A DNA stretch of 64,000 nucleotides from Octopus vulgaris. Taxonomy: Eukaryota. This document shows, piece after piece, positions 1 to 13,920 of this stretch. The position numbers and the translations under genes are program-made. The notes under the pieces were generated by a model. That model was not told the DNA's origin. It worked only from the letters and a program-made list of their open reading frames with translations, and did no database searches. Within the stretch, counting starts at the first letter, position 1; each line of letters opens with the position of its first letter. Where the stretch lies: positions 66,340,001 through 66,404,000 of the forward strand of contig OX597824.1 of assembly GCA_951406725.2 (NCBI GenBank), read 5' to 3'.

Positions 1-349
1 AGAATTATAATGTGTGCGTGCGTAGATGGAGTATAGTACCAGAACACTGTAAAACTCTAACAGTGTAATAACAAGTGTGTTCAAAATTAAGCCTTTGTGC
101 AAATCTATGCAGCCAATATCAGTAAGAGAAATAATCGTGGTGGTAGTGATGATGATGATGACGATGATAATAACGTGGATAAAATATAATCAAAATTCAA
201 GATATCAAAAGAGTAACAACAAAGAAGGTGACTCACACATGTAAACCTCTTAAGAAAAAGAAATGGAATAAGTACAACAAAACAGATAACTAAAAGTACT
301 TGTTGGAAAGGGCTAGATTCATGTAAACATATGTTTGCATGTAATCATT

Positions 350-375
350 ACACACACACACACACACACACACAC
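350..375. repeat. (CA)n microsatellite, representative of dozens of CA/TA/GA tracts in the window
   Basis: Direct reading. Similar tracts occur near 637-664 (CT), 1173-1196 (GA), 3560-3600, 9280-9366 (TA then GA), 28457-28503, 38915-38972 and 58932-58976. Confidence 0.95.
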
Positions 376-632
376 TAAAGGACATTCATTAGCAAATTAA
401 GCAAAGCAAAATAGCTTCCACTAACTGAGAGATAGAAAACTCGGTCACAAACACAGACATGGACAGCCTCTCTAGGATTTTACTGTTACCATCCTCACCT
501 TTATTAACTAAGAGGGAGAGAGAGGGAGGGAGGGAGAGAGAGTTCAAAGAGGTCACTGCACACGCCCTCCCACTGCAGCAGTAACTTCTTGTGTTGACAT
601 GACAACTATGACTCAGGCATTGCAAAAAACAG

Positions 633-665
<33 letters not shown>

Positions 666-1694
666 GACTCTTTCCCTTTCTCTCTGTCATTCACATACAA
701 ACAAGAGGTTATCAATATGAATGTGTGAGAAGGGGCAGAGACAAAACCTAGCACTCCACAATTTAGCTTCACAACCAGCTGCCTGGATAGCATGTTACCT
801 GAAATAACAGATACAAAGGGACTAACATTCTTTCTGTCAACATCATACACATCATCATCCACATCACCCTCATCATGGCCTCTACCACCACCCACACCAT
901 GACCATCATCATCCTCATCACTTTTCTGCGTTAGTCTGGGTTTTATTATATAATACACACACACACACATTTTTAAATTGTTCTGTGCTGTAAGGTACAT
1001 AGGTCTAGCCATGCCTATCATGTTCCCAGATTTCTTTGGATGCTTTTTGTAGCATGCTGGATGAAAAGAAGTTGTTGACCCCTAGCTCAACCCTCCTTCA
1101 TTTCTGGAAGAAAGGAACAGTAAGTGGTTCTCCTGCTTTCTGTGACTCTCACACAGTGAAGGGTAGCTGGTTGAGAGAGAGAGAGAGAGAGAGAGGGAAA
1201 GAGTGAAAAGAACTCATTCATTGACACCCCACCCACCCCCAGAAAGATGGGGCAAACTTGGGCAAGGTAAGAGTTGAATTCAAATACGTAAAAGCTAATA
1301 CAGTTGTTATAAGGTATTTGTTTGGTGTTTTAATGATTGCATTGACTGACTGCTCTATATACACATACACAGTCAAATACATGCATACACACACACACAC
1401 ACAATGGAAAATAGGATTACAAATAGGATCATTATAACATTACTAATAACATCTTGTACTAACAGAAAATCATACAATTGAAGGTGGGACATAGGATATG
1501 GGTGATACATGCTTTAATGATCCTGGAGGGTGAAAGAGAGTCACTTGTTCCATCCCTACAATTCTAAATTCAGAATATTGGGACTAAATATGACTGCAGT
1601 TAGTTTGACACTTAACCCTCCACAGCCCAGCAACGACAAATATAGGCAAAGAACAAATTTCACAGCATGATTGCACATCTGTAGGTAGGAGATA

Positions 1695-1810
1695 CCTTTG
1701 GTTGGTCTGGGACTATGGTAAAAGACACTTGCCCAAGGTGCCACACAGTGGGAGTGAACCCAAAACCATGTGGGAAACAAACTTAACTACACAGTCAAAC
1801 CTGCAGCACC
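1695..1810 (-). mobile_element. CORE-type tRNA-derived SINE fragment (octopus OR-like family A)
   Basis: gacacttgcccaaggtgccacacagtggga..gaaccc..aaccatgtgg is the reverse complement of a tRNA-like head followed by the CORE-like gtggcaccttgggcaagtgtc. The same motif recurs many times in the window. Confidence 0.75.
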
Positions 1811-3558
1811 TACATACATATACATGTATACACATATGCATATGTACAGAAACATTAAAGACACACACAGACATGCACACAAATATACAAACATGTACTA
1901 ACACATATGTACAATGGGAAAGAGAGGAAGATGAAGTTTGGCTTAGACTGACACAAAACTAAACAAAAAGATTTAAAAGAATAAAATTTTTTCATAATAT
2001 ATTTGCAAATATTCTGAATACTAAACATTTGTGTTGTACATATATTGCTTTAGGCCTAATTCAGTAAGAATGAATGCTAGACATTTCTGTATGACAGAAT
2101 ATTAATAAGGCTTTCAACCTAATTCAGGAAGAGAATATAGTTGATATAGTGGACTTGATGAAAATCTAAGTAAGCTCTGAATATATGAATCTGTTAACTG
2201 ATCACATATTCTTATTTACTCGAGTTTTAATCCAAATAAATCTTTACAAGATGACTCAGATGCTGTATAGTAGGAAATATTTCATTTGGGAATCTTGATT
2301 TAGAAAAATACTTGAAAAAAAAAAGACAAAGAAAGGAAAAGAATTCTTGTAGAAACTTTAAAACTAGATTGGCAATAAAAATAAGGCTGTATTACGAAGA
2401 TAAGAACACAAATGGCTGAAGTTGTTGACATCTCTCATTTACAATGTTGAAAATAGAAAAAAACGAAACAAATTGTTTTTACCCAACAAGGTTTCAGTTA
2501 CAGTTTAAAAAAACAAAACCAGGAGAAAGGGTGGAGGATTTAAACTCAACAGACTTCATTTAAGAATATACCACAAACAATTCCAAAAGTCCAGTCAAAT
2601 GATGAAGCACGGTGCATACATAGGACAAAGATTTCTTACATTGATTGATATAAAACCACAGTGTAAAAGAGGAGCATAGCTAATTGAATCAATCTCAGTA
2701 CTTGCCTGGGAATAATTTTATCAATTCCAGACTAGATGGAAGGCAAGTGTTGGTTCAAGCAGTATTTGAACTCAGATGAAACTGAAAACAAAGATGGGCA
2801 TTCCATCATTTCTAACCAATACAGATCTTCTATGAAGTAGCATATAATCTATGAAACTTCAGAGAGACTGGGTGAAGCAAGTGTAAGAAGGGCTTTAAAA
2901 GATTTCAAATTTTTCTAAAATATTTAGAGTGATACCTGAGAGAGAGCATTTTAATAGCCAGATGGTAATCAAGTGTTTCCTGATACTTCTGATCCTTCAC
3001 AGTAGCAATCCAATTAAGATAAGAGGAGAGTAAGTTGATAAGCACCAAATATATGAACATTTAATATAATCAGTTTTTGAGTACAGCTCTTGTTGGTTTA
3101 TATTTTAACACTTACTGTAAAAATTCAACATTTTTCTGAAGTTAAGCAGTGGTTTGCACACACCTGTGTATTTGTTGAAAGCTAAATTATCTCTGAGAAG
3201 CATAATTTGTACCTATGCCTTAAGCTGTGACAGTATAGTTGGTTACTGAGCACAGGACAAACATGCATTATTACACATGCTATAGATTTATATTTACTAG
3301 CATTGTTGTTTTACTGATCAAACAGACCTATGATCAAAGGCCTTACAGTCATGACTAGCCTGCATTTTTGTTTTAAGACACGATATGTGTATTTTTTTCC
3401 TTTTTAAGATGGTAGGTATAATTTTACAGAAATTTAGCTGCTATTTCTAGATGGTTGAAATCCCATAAAGATTAGAATCATTGTCTCACTGGTGGTGGCA
3501 TGGCGTTTTCCGTGCCAGGGCTATTTTTAATGAGCCTGAACTGAAAGGATGTAAAATT

Positions 3559-3600
<42 letters not shown>

Positions 3601-3854
3601 CCAAGAGGTATGAACTTTGCCTTTGCATATAGATATATGTAAATATAGATGTAACACACATATTTATGTATGTGAACTTTACTTACAGATGCCTCAATAT
3701 TGAGGTAAGGAAGAAGAAAAATGAGATGTAGTAATGTTCATGCCTTTCCCAAAAATATTAACTTAAGCTATTTCAACAGTCACAAAATTGAATAAAGCGA
3801 AAATAATCTGTGGCATATTTCATAAAAATTCTTTCATATAACAACTACACTACT

Positions 3855-4065
3855 GTTTCTGTTTTAGGCACAAGGCCAGCAATTCTGAGGGAGGGAGTTT
3901 GTCTATGCCATCAATCTTAGTGTTTGATTGATGCTTTAATATATAAATCCCTTGAGATGAAAGACAAAGTTGATCTCAGCAGGATTTGAACTCAGAATGT
4001 CAAGAGCCAGAAGAAATACCGAGCATTTTGTTCAACACTAATGATTCTACCAATTCACTCTCCTT
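3855..4065 (-). mobile_element. tRNA-derived SINE with Meta/MESC-like domain (family B), diverged copy
   Basis: gatgaaagacaaagttgatctcagcaggatttgaactcagaatg matches the family B motif seen intact at 33276-33507. Confidence 0.7.
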
Positions 4066-4337
4066 AATGATTTCTAACATATCTTTTGGTGGTCAGTGGG
4101 GGCAATAGTTGATTAAATTGATTCCAGTAATTGAATGGTATTCTTATTCTATCACCTTAACCTGGAAGGACAAGAAGACAAGTTGGAAGAAGCAAGATTT
4201 AAACACTGAATTTAAATAGATGCAAGGTATTTTGTCTACTGTTCTGAATCTGTCAATCAACTAATACAAAAAAAAAAAAATAAAAAAAATCATCTGATAC
4301 ATAAACTAACAAAAAAAGAAATACAAAGTATGCTTAC

Positions 4338-4394
4338 CGTTCCATTCGGAGCCTAGATAACAAACACAAATCCATACTTCCCATCAAATGGAAA
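4338..4394 (-). other. Candidate short exon (57 nt, or 15-nt microexon 4338-4352) of the minus-strand host gene
   Basis: Minus-strand donor ACG|GTAAGC at 4338/4337. Two possible acceptors: ttttaatag (57 nt, open as FHLMGSMDLCLLSRLRME) or tttgtgtttgttatctag (15 nt). Both lengths are multiples of 3, and two CpGs are retained in CpG-poor surroundings. Confidence 0.4.
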
Positions 4395-5399
4395 CTATTA
4401 AAATTACAATTTCAGAAGTGACTTCCCCACATTAAAATGACTGAGAAATGTTTCCATCTTACATCTTCAATGGGAGTTGAAATGGGTCTGATGTGAATAA
4501 GATAAACTACCCTGTGTAATCAACATGGACCTATCCATACCCTGATCTTATTTTCACTAGGTAAAATGAAGAAGAAAAAAAGAATAAGAGTCATACACCA
4601 TTGTTTTGCATGTAAGAGGGTAAAATTGATGATTAGGATTGATACTAAAAATATCAAGCAACAAACAAAAGACAAAAAAACCCAAAACTCTTGTATATAA
4701 TAAAGCATACAAGTGATTATCTCATTACACAACATAACAAGCATGCAGTGGACACCTGCTTGCATGAAAACATTCAAACACTTGAAATAAATTTTACATA
4801 AGTCAGTCATTAAGTCAGTCAACAAGTTGAATTAACAAATAGGATGTTTCAGAAAGATAAATGTGCTGCTTGTGTGTGCGTATGTGTGTTTGTGTGTGCT
4901 TGTGTGTGTGTGTGGGGGGGGGGGGGTGTTTGAGAGAGAGTTTATATGAGCGAGTGTGCAGAGAACACAAGATGGCAAGCACCTGAATCATTAAAACACA
5001 ATAGAAAGGGATTTTGTTCAATTATTTCTAGTTTTATAATGAGTGAAGGGAAAATAATTAAGCTTAATGCTTAGAAGATTAAGGAAGGTGAGTAATATTA
5101 TTACTGTTAATTAGGAAATGGAGAGATAGAAAACTGTAGTGCATCAGATTAAATGCCTCATGGTATTTTATTAAAAGGTTTTGAATTTAAATCCCACCAG
5201 AATCAACTTTACCTTTCATCTATCTGTCTTAGTATTCACTAACCAAGTATTAGGATCAGTAGAAATAAATATACCTCCCCATTACAAATTTATGTTCTTA
5301 TGCTAAACTTTAGAAATTATCATCATCATTTAATGTCTGCTTTCCATGCTGGCATGAGTTAGATGGTTTGACAGGAGCTGGTCAGGCAATCTGAGGACA

Positions 5400-6018
5400 T
5401 GCACCAAGAGTGATAAAGATCAAGCATCCATTCAACATCATGGTGCATCAAGTGGTCACTAGTGATGGTGACGTTATGCCTCCATTCATCTTCCCATACA
5501 GCCTCAGACTCAACACGGAGACCTACATCAAGTGCTTGAAGGATGTAGTGCTGCCCTGGGTCAAAAGAGTAGCAGCTAGAAGACCCTATGTCTGGCAACA
5601 GGACTTTGCACCATGCCACTCAAGCAGGAGAACCCAGTCAGACAATTCCTGCAACTACATCCCCTCTAACATCTGGCTACCTAACTACCTAGACTGCAAC
5701 CCCATTTATATTATGTGCGAGGTGCAGTTGAGCAAGAGATCAACAGAACTACTTGTAACACCAAAGATGAAGTGAAGATAAGGATTATGGCAGCATTCAC
5801 CAACTTAAACAAGAAGACTGTTCAGAAGAGTTGCAAGAGATTCCAAAGTCATCTGGAGTCAGTGGTTGAAGCCAATGGTGATGTTATTGAATATAATTAC
5901 TCTTTAGTATTTCAAAATAATTTTATGTAATTTTGGTAAATATATCTGTTAAAATGAGATGTCAGGGTTATTTTCATATTTGCATAATTTAGATAATATA
6001 TTCACCACAGTTGTGTAT
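5400..6018 (+). pseudogene. Tc1/mariner superfamily (maT/DD37D-like) transposase relic, 3' half
   Basis: ORFs 5410-5775 and 5715-5930 give DGDVMPPFIFP..YIKCLKDVVLPWVK..YVWQQDFAPCH..IWLPNYLDCNP and ..SCKRFQSHLESVVEANG. These are the second and third catalytic Asp regions and C-terminus, frameshifted. Confidence 0.85.
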
Positions 6019-7734
6019 AAGTCATATTTTTTAATTCTTTAAAATATTTTTTTAATCTATTGTCATTACCAAAATACAGAAGATACTATCATGAAGACAG
6101 ATGGAACTTTAAAATACTTTGATTACATCTAATGGCATTTGGTTACATTCTGTTATGCCTAAGTTGACTTTGCCTTCTGTTCTCAATAAAATAGATATCA
6201 GACGAAATACTGAATTTGATTTAACTGGCTACAAGCCTTTGAAAGCAACAATCCCGGTATAGCTACAGTCTATCCAATGGCTGACAGCAGTAGAAAAATA
6301 TGACAGGGAAAGAAATAAGCACAGGAAAGAAAATATCACAGACAGATGAAACCTTGAATATTTTCTTGTAAGATGTTTTTTCATGAACTCAAGACATCAG
6401 GTAGAACCAACATTTATTTGTCAATAGTACCCCATTGCCATCACTTGTATATTATCATAACCAAAAGGCACACTACAAATGCTGGAAAGATAGTGAGTCA
6501 CTTTCAATACAGTGACTCACATATAAAAAAAAAGTTAAGTTTTATTAAATGATATATCTTGATGAAATTTTAAGTAAATCTCCAGAAATATGTATATCGA
6601 TTTGATAAATTGAAAATACTGTTGTTCATTTTATTCTATTCAATGTCTCAATGTCCAGTGTGGAATGGTTTGGATGTACCTATAAAATAGTATTTACTCC
6701 ATCACCACCACCATCACCAGGCATGTGGATTGTCTCATGCACTGTGTGTTTGCAAATCTGACGACTACTTACAACACCTTAAAAACACTGCTATCAAATA
6801 ACTTAATGAAGAAATGAACTAAGGAGGCAGTCAATGTGTGATTGCTAAATCTCCTTCAAATTATATCCTACTATCTTAAAACAAGGATGCGTACATTAGA
6901 TAATTTTTCTTTTTTTTGTCCTGGATACCCTAAATACAAGATGGTCAGAAGCTAAATGATGGCAACAACTTAATGAAAAGGTTTAAAAGTGTGAAATTGT
7001 GAAAATATAATTTTAAAAATTTCATAAGAATGTTTTGTAGTTTGCAAACAATAGAAAAACAAAACACGACTATATACACACACACACACACACACATACA
7101 TACACACACACACAAACACTTGTGCTGCAAGCATCTAAGTGCTAGATCTATGATAAATTGGTCATCATCCAAATTCTAATAGTGTAGTATTAACTGCTGT
7201 TATATTGATTAACTAAGCAAAACCAACATTGTTTTAATATTTCAATATCTCAAGTCTGGCACTGTCTGGTGGCAGATTCTCAGCAGGAATAATGCAACTG
7301 GTGTTTAATGTCACTAAGTGTTAATCGCTAAGTAAATGGTGAGACAGTTTTGAAGCATAACCTTTTACCGATTTCAATATTTCTCACAAACTGATGAGAA
7401 CATAATCAAAAGTAGCTTTATATCTATTCTTCCATGCAGGTATGGGTTACATAAGTTAGAAGGAAATAAAGCAGCTTTATTCTTTTGTCATTTTAACATC
7501 CACTTTTCCATGTTTGCTTGGTTGGGTTGGATGGAGCTTACAAATGCAGGTTTCATATGGTTGAATGCTATTTCTATCACCTACCTGCCCTTGCTTCCAA
7601 ATAAGATAATATTTCCCCCCTACAGTCAGATATGTCTTCAAAGAATACTGGAAATGAGTGACATTTCTTGTATGCCAGTAAACGCACAACTATCGTGCAC
7701 TATCAAGGGAAGGAGACAAACATATACATTATAT

Positions 7735-7996
7735 GTACACACACACACACACATATATATATACACAAACATGTATACACACGTATACATACACAAACAT
7801 ACACACACAGATATATGCAGATGTATATATATGCACATATATGCAGATGCATATATATGCACATATATACAGATGTATATATACACACGTATGCACACAC
7901 ATGCACAAGCGAACATGTGCATGCATACGCACATACACACACACGAACATACGCACACACACACACATATATACACACATATGCACATGCACACAC

Positions 7997-8027
<31 letters not shown>

Positions 8028-8035
8028 TATCTATA
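7735..8035. repeat. Degenerate compound CA/TA microsatellite
   Basis: Direct reading; it generates the HTHT/CVCV ORFs in all frames. Confidence 0.9.
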
Positions 8036-8041
8036 TATTAT

Positions 8042-9273
8042 TATTAGGTCATCCCAGAAATAATTTTTTTATATACTTGTTTTATTTTTTAACATTAAGA
8101 GAATGTTTTTTCATCTAAAATGTACTCTCCATTTTCTACAACACTCTTCCACCTGTTTAGTATACATGCAAGGTCCCTTTTCTGAAATTCACTTGTATGT
8201 GATGAAAAATACTTCTCCACTACTGTTCTGACCCTGTCTACAGAATTCATAGTTTTTTCCGTCAAAATGATTTTGAAGACTGCGGAATAAATGATAATTA
8301 GATGGGGCAATGTCCCGTGAATATGGTGGGTGGGGCATCATTTCCCATTCAATCTGCTCCAGCCTTTGGTATGTCATCTTCGCTGTATGTGGCCAAGCAT
8401 TATCCTGATGGAAGAGCACCTTTTGACTTGAAACCAAAGATGGTTCTTTTTCTTCTAGTGCTAACTTAAGCTGCTGAAGCTGCTCACAGTAGATCGCCTT
8501 CATTATCATCTGGTTTGGATTTAAAAGTTCAAAGTAGACTAAACCTTTCATACCCTATCAAACAGATAACACCTTACATGAGTGAAGACCTTCTTTAGCC
8601 TGGGGTGCCTATGTTTCTCCTTTCCCTCCCCATTCTCTTCGGTGCTCAACATTTTTATAGAGAACCTATTTCTTATCACCAGTCACTATTCGACCCAAAA
8701 AAGGTTCATTTGTGAGACATGACAGCAAAGAAGAGCACACATTCACTGTCTGCACATAATTATCTCGGGAAAGTTTGTAAGGACCCATTGACCCAATTTT
8801 TTTTTTTTTTCTGATGGTACACAAGTGTCAATGAATGGTTGAATGACCAAATCCAAGCTTTTCTGCTAGTTCCTGAAAAGTTATGATGGGATTTTGTTCC
8901 ACTAGAGTTTGCAGGATGTCCTCATCAAGCTCTACAAATCTTCCAGGACAAGGTTGGTCTTCTAGGTTGTATTTTCCAGCTTGGAATTTCTGGAACCACT
9001 GTTGACACTGGCTTACACTTATTGTTCAGTCCCCATACACTGCATTAATATTCCTCACACCTTCCGTTGCATTATTGAACTCATGAAGCAAAATATACCA
9101 AATATGCTCCTTATAGCTTTGAAAAAATGTTAAAATCAAACTGCATTCTTCAAAACTTGCACTAAGAATAAGGACAAGGTAAAATCACTATTTGCTTTTA
9201 TAGGAAGTTGATGCAGGTAGTTTATCCAACTTTTAGTTCATGCAATTGAAAAACCCACATTATTAATGGGATG

Positions 9274-9281
<8 letters not shown>
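8042..9281 (-). mobile_element. Full-length (about 1.24 kb) decayed mariner DNA transposon
   Basis: Imperfect TIRs tattaggtcatcccagaaataat (8042-8064) and attattaatgggatgatccaata (9259-9281) with TA ends. The internal minus-strand transposase shows KGLVYFELL, FHQDNAWPH, HPPYSRDIAPSNYHLF and RWKSVVENGEY, broken by stops and frameshifts. Confidence 0.92.
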
Positions 9282-9369
<88 letters not shown>

Positions 9370-10399
9370 TGGTGGTGGTCGATTACTTTCAGTATTTGTC
9401 TATCAAATCCACTCACAAAGGTTTGGTCAGCCTGGGTCTACAGAAGACATTTGCCCAAACACAGTGCAATTGAACCTGCATCCATGTGACTGGAAAGCAA
9501 ACTTCTTAACTAAACAGCCACACATGCAGCTACATTCATTCTATACAATCCATTCCAGTGCTGTACTACACAAGGAATTTGATGGGTGTTATACATGTAT
9601 TTTCTTTTTTTCTTTTTTTACAATTGGATGTCCCTGTAACTGCCAATTGCAGAGATTGTATATCAATGGTATGTTTAAGCATCAAGATTGTAGCTCTGTT
9701 CCTTCATTTTAGGACTTTTCTAAACATTTCAGAGAGAATATGCATGCAAATGCACACACACAAATTATACAAGAAAAGGAAATTGATTTTTCTTTTGTAA
9801 ATATTAGAAATCAAATATTAAATTTGAAATATTCTAGAACAATTTATCATTTCTCAATAGACAAATAATGCTAAGAACTTTTTTTTTTTTATTAGTCTAG
9901 CTGAGCAGAAGAAAGGGTTGTACCTAGAAACTTTTTTTTTTTCCTGGTTTGTAGTTTAAATAGATCCTGATGAGGTTTAGAGCAGTAAATATTCACCTAG
10001 GATTTTAAAATTTCTATGGTTATCAGAAAGATAATTCCTGTAGAATGCAGGTTCAAAAAAAGAAGGGGGTTCACCAGAATATTAAATAAAATATCTAAGA
10101 GATAAAACAGAGATGAAATGAAGTAAAAGCAATAATTAGATTCAGGTGAGAAACATATATAATTAGCAGTGGCAAAATTGTTAAAGTGTTGGACAAAATG
10201 CTTTGCAGTATTTTTTCTGGCTCTTTTACATTCACAGCATCTTCAAATCGAAGTTAAGTCAACTTCACCTGTCATCCTTCTGGGGTCGACAAAATAAAAA
10301 AAAAAGTATTAGTATCAGTGAAGTTACCAGGATCAATGTAATGAACTACAAATCAAGAGATCTTGAGGTAGTTTAATAATGCCTTCAGTTTCAGTTTCC

Positions 10400-10690
10400 T
10401 TCTGGTAACTTAACACTTAACCATTCCTTTGGACAACATCAATAGTTTGGAGAGGGGCAATCTGCATAAGTAATGCCTGGTCTTCCATACAACTTTATGC
10501 AGACTGTCATCCTAGATACAATGCAAGTCTGGTTAGGATCACACTACTTCAGATGACAGCGAAAATACTAAAGAACTGAAGAAATCATTTTATAGCTGCA
10601 CATACATGACAGTGAAGGAAATGGATGACAGGAAAGGAAGAATTCAAGAAAGAGTGTTAAAGAGCCACAGTGCAGTTCAAGCAAAATATG
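10400..10690 (+). mobile_element. Possible highly decayed RTE-type LINE 3' fragment
   Basis: gaaatggatgacaggaaaggaagaattcaagaaagagtgtt resembles the AMDDR..W..RV end of RTE ORFs; no open frame remains. Confidence 0.3.
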
Positions 10691-11599
10691 TGAAGCTTGT
10701 AAACATTTAACTCTCGGGGTGGGTAGCCAGTTTTGTCTTTATATAACTTTGCCAATGTTGAGTAGTTATGTGTAGTTTCTAATACGCAATACATCTATTT
10801 TCTACTAGATTTATTGGTCTTAATTTCTGTAGAAAGTGTGACAAATGGAGGATTATACAGTTTATGTTGATAACAACAAAAAGATTAGTAATTTAACTAT
10901 TTGTTCTGTTAAGCTCTTTGCTCTTTGTTTTATAAGTAAACTTCTAGGAACTGTAATCCAAATTCTATAATACAGATTATAACTTATCCTTCTCAGTCAC
11001 CATGTCTCAATGTTAATAATGCATCAGGCATGGATGTGCTATTAGGAAATTCACTTCAGAATCACAGAGTAAGAGGTTCAAGTCCTACTGTGTAGATGTT
11101 GTCAGTTGGTATTGTAACTATAGCCAAGAGTCAACCATTCCTGGGTTTCTTGACATAACGTTGTGTGATCTTTATAAACAAAAGTCTCATTCAAATATTC
11201 TTTTTTTTTTTTCTAGCTTGTAACTATCTAACTATGTCTAGGCTGTTTTTTGTTTGGTATACTGGAGATTTATTACCTTGGAAACAGGTTAGGATTAGCA
11301 TCAGAAAAATCTTAGAATGTCTTAGAAAAATCTACCAAAACAAATTTTGCCAGACTCATTGCAAGTATGAAAAAGTGGACATTAAAACAATGATGATGAT
11401 GGTTAGCTTTAGGTTCAGTAGTGTTAAGCAAATAAGAAACACGATTCATACAAAGGATTCAATTACTACAGTTGTATCAGAAAAAAAAAATTATATAAAT
11501 AACATTAGATTGCCATGAGGAAAAGAAATATTCAAATATTTTAAATGGAGGTCATTAACAAAGATATTTCTCCCTAATGATTATTAGATATTTTCTCCC

Positions 11600-11850
11600 T
11601 CCATAAGTGGCACATCAACATACTTCAGGCTCACATAGCTGAGGTAGTGCTGCTAACATTCAAGGCTGCATCAACATGTCTATTTGGTTGATTATAAAAG
11701 ATTCACAAAACATTACAACCTCTAGTTCACAGAAAAACTACTTTTCTCCACATCTTACTGCTAATACTCTATGGCCACTGCACCTCTAAACTAACTCTCA
11801 CATTGTGTCTTCCTTGCTCTTCTGCCTATCTACACCTTTCTCACCAAAAT
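11600..11850 (+). mobile_element. Possible decayed CR1/L2-group LINE 3' fragment
   Basis: Remnant peptides TLQPLVHR and YGHCTSKL resemble the L.PL..RR..YG.CS.EL C-terminal region of CR1/L2 ORF2. Confidence 0.4.
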
Positions 11851-12514
11851 TAGTAACTCCTGTGATTTTTTTTTTTTTTTTGACAATAATGTAGATAATA
11901 AAAACCAACAAATTATTTGGTCCAAACTAGAATCAAATGCTAAAATTTCAACATCAGCATTGCTAGTTTTATGATCAACAACTCAAGTCCTAAAAGACCA
12001 ACTGTCAGCTACAAAAATCTATTTTACTGTGAGAAAGGGAGAGAGAGGAGGGTGCACGTAAATTTCAATAGTTAAGCAGCAGAATGATTTGAAAATATTA
12101 GATTAGTCTACAGCTACCAGAATAATGTTTCATACTTAGTACAAACAGGAGTAAGAAGAAAATTAGTAAATACTATCACGGTGAATCTTTTTGGCCAAGC
12201 CCCCATCAACTGTTTCAAATTCCACTCTGAGAAAAAGGTGCTACTTTGCAGTAAATTTGTTTGAAGGTATGAGAGAATATCAAATATAATCCCACACTCA
12301 GCATGCACCTTGTCTGGAGGTAAGAAATGACAGCTGGGAAAAGCACTAACTCTTGCTGCTAGAGTAATCTTAGTTTAGAGGAGTTTCCAGGCTGACTTCA
12401 GATAGTTTTTGTTTTTATTCTTTGCAGTCTGTGTAGCTTCCCATACTTTTCATAACTTGTCTCTGTAACTGTTCACTCATCTGCCATCCTTGTGACAGAA
12501 GAAAACTTCTAAGA

Positions 12515-12720
12515 CAGCAAACTGGCAGAATTATTAGCATGCAGGGCAAAATGCTTAATGGCATTTCTTCTATCTTTATGTTCTGAGTTCAAATTCCACC
12601 AAGGCTGACTTTGCCTTTCATCCTTTCAAGGTTGATAAAATAAGTACCAATTGAGCATTGGGGTCAATGTAACCAACTTAACCTCTCCCTGAACTTACTG
12701 ACCTTGTGCCAAAATTATCA
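12515..12720 (+). mobile_element. Family B (Meta/MESC-like) SINE
   Basis: ctggcagaattattagcatgcagggcaaaatgctt..ttctgagttcaaattccaccaaggctgactttgcctttcatcctttcaaggttgataaaataagtacc, including a B-box-like GTTCAAATT. Confidence 0.8.
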
Positions 12721-13659
12721 TTGTTGTTGTTCTTTTTGTACTTCCTGTCTTTTATTCTAAGACTGAAGAAATAAAGTACCAGTCAAGAACTGGAGTCAAT
12801 TTCATTGATTCTATCCCTCTCCACAAAATCTCAGGACTTATGTCCAAGTAGAAAATAACTTTTATAATTCAAATTCTCAGAGAGATAGAGGTGTGAGTGG
12901 AAGATAGGAGAGGTAGAGAAGCAGGGGAAAGGAAAGAGAATGGTAAAAAGAATGGAAAGAGTTAAGACCAAACAATGTTTCTACTTTAATTGCTCTGAGA
13001 ATTTAAAAAAATTAAGTTGCCTCTTGAAAAGTTAAGGTTTATTGAAGCAAAAAACAATTAGAATGAATAAACAAACCAATCAATAAGTAGATAAAAATAT
13101 CAAACACTAAAAAAATTAAGTGTTTTCTTTTCATTAAAAAATTTTTTTTAATGTGTTATGAAGTCAATGCAGATGAGATGTCACTTCAAAGTCATTCAAC
13201 TTAATATTTCCATTTAATACCAACCATCCTCAAAATCTCTCTAATTTGGTTGCTCCTCTCCTTTAGAGTCCATCTGTTTCTGGGTTAACCTAGTTTTAAT
13301 TTCCCCACTCCTAGCTGATCTTTAAACAAACTGTTACATAACTTTCAAAACAAGTGTAGAAGGAAGTGTGTTTATCTATAGAACCTTTTCATCACATTGG
13401 TTAGCAGCACCTGAAAATAAGGTTCTGAACTGTAGGAGCTTTTACTTTTCAGTTTTTACACAAGGCCTAACTGAAAAGAAGACCCTATTTCTGTAATGAA
13501 AAGGGAAAGGTGGTGGTGTTTTGTCTCAGGTCAACCTGGATCAAAGGCATTCCAGCTGTATCATCCTCCACCCCAACACATCTAGTCAGACTATCCAGAA
13601 CATAATCTAATATATCCATTCTTCCATTCTGTCAGAAAATTTGTGGTTTGTGAAAATAC

Positions 13660-13920
13660 ATAGTCTAGTGAATAGGGGGTTGGCCTCATAATTGTTAGAT
13701 AAGGGGTTTGATTTTCAGACTGGGTGGTATAGTATGTCCTTGAGTAAAGCACTTCATTTTATGGGGTTCCAGTAATGAGTACCAGTGGTACCTATGGAAA
13801 GAGGGGGAGATAATTTTGCAACAGACTGGTATCCCAATTTGGGGTGAGGTGTCTTGCACTATCAGTAATGAATACCTTGAAAATCCAGATAAGCTCTGGC
13901 CTCAACAACCAACAGGCTTA
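13660..13920 (+). mobile_element. Old CORE-SINE-like fragment with a different tail
   Basis: tgtccttgagtaaagcacttca (CORE-like) is followed by gcaacagactggtatcccaat..ccagataagctctggcc. Confidence 0.45.

Noticed and set aside
389-1021. 210-aa minus-strand ORF
   Set aside because: It is stitched from (CA), (GAT/GGT) and (GA) microsatellites; no domain or convincing splice context.
12320-12427. Plus-strand intron-like segment (GAG|gtaaga ... ttctttgcag|)
   Set aside because: The flanks show no coding signal or further exon boundaries, and it is antisense to the inferred gene; treated as chance.
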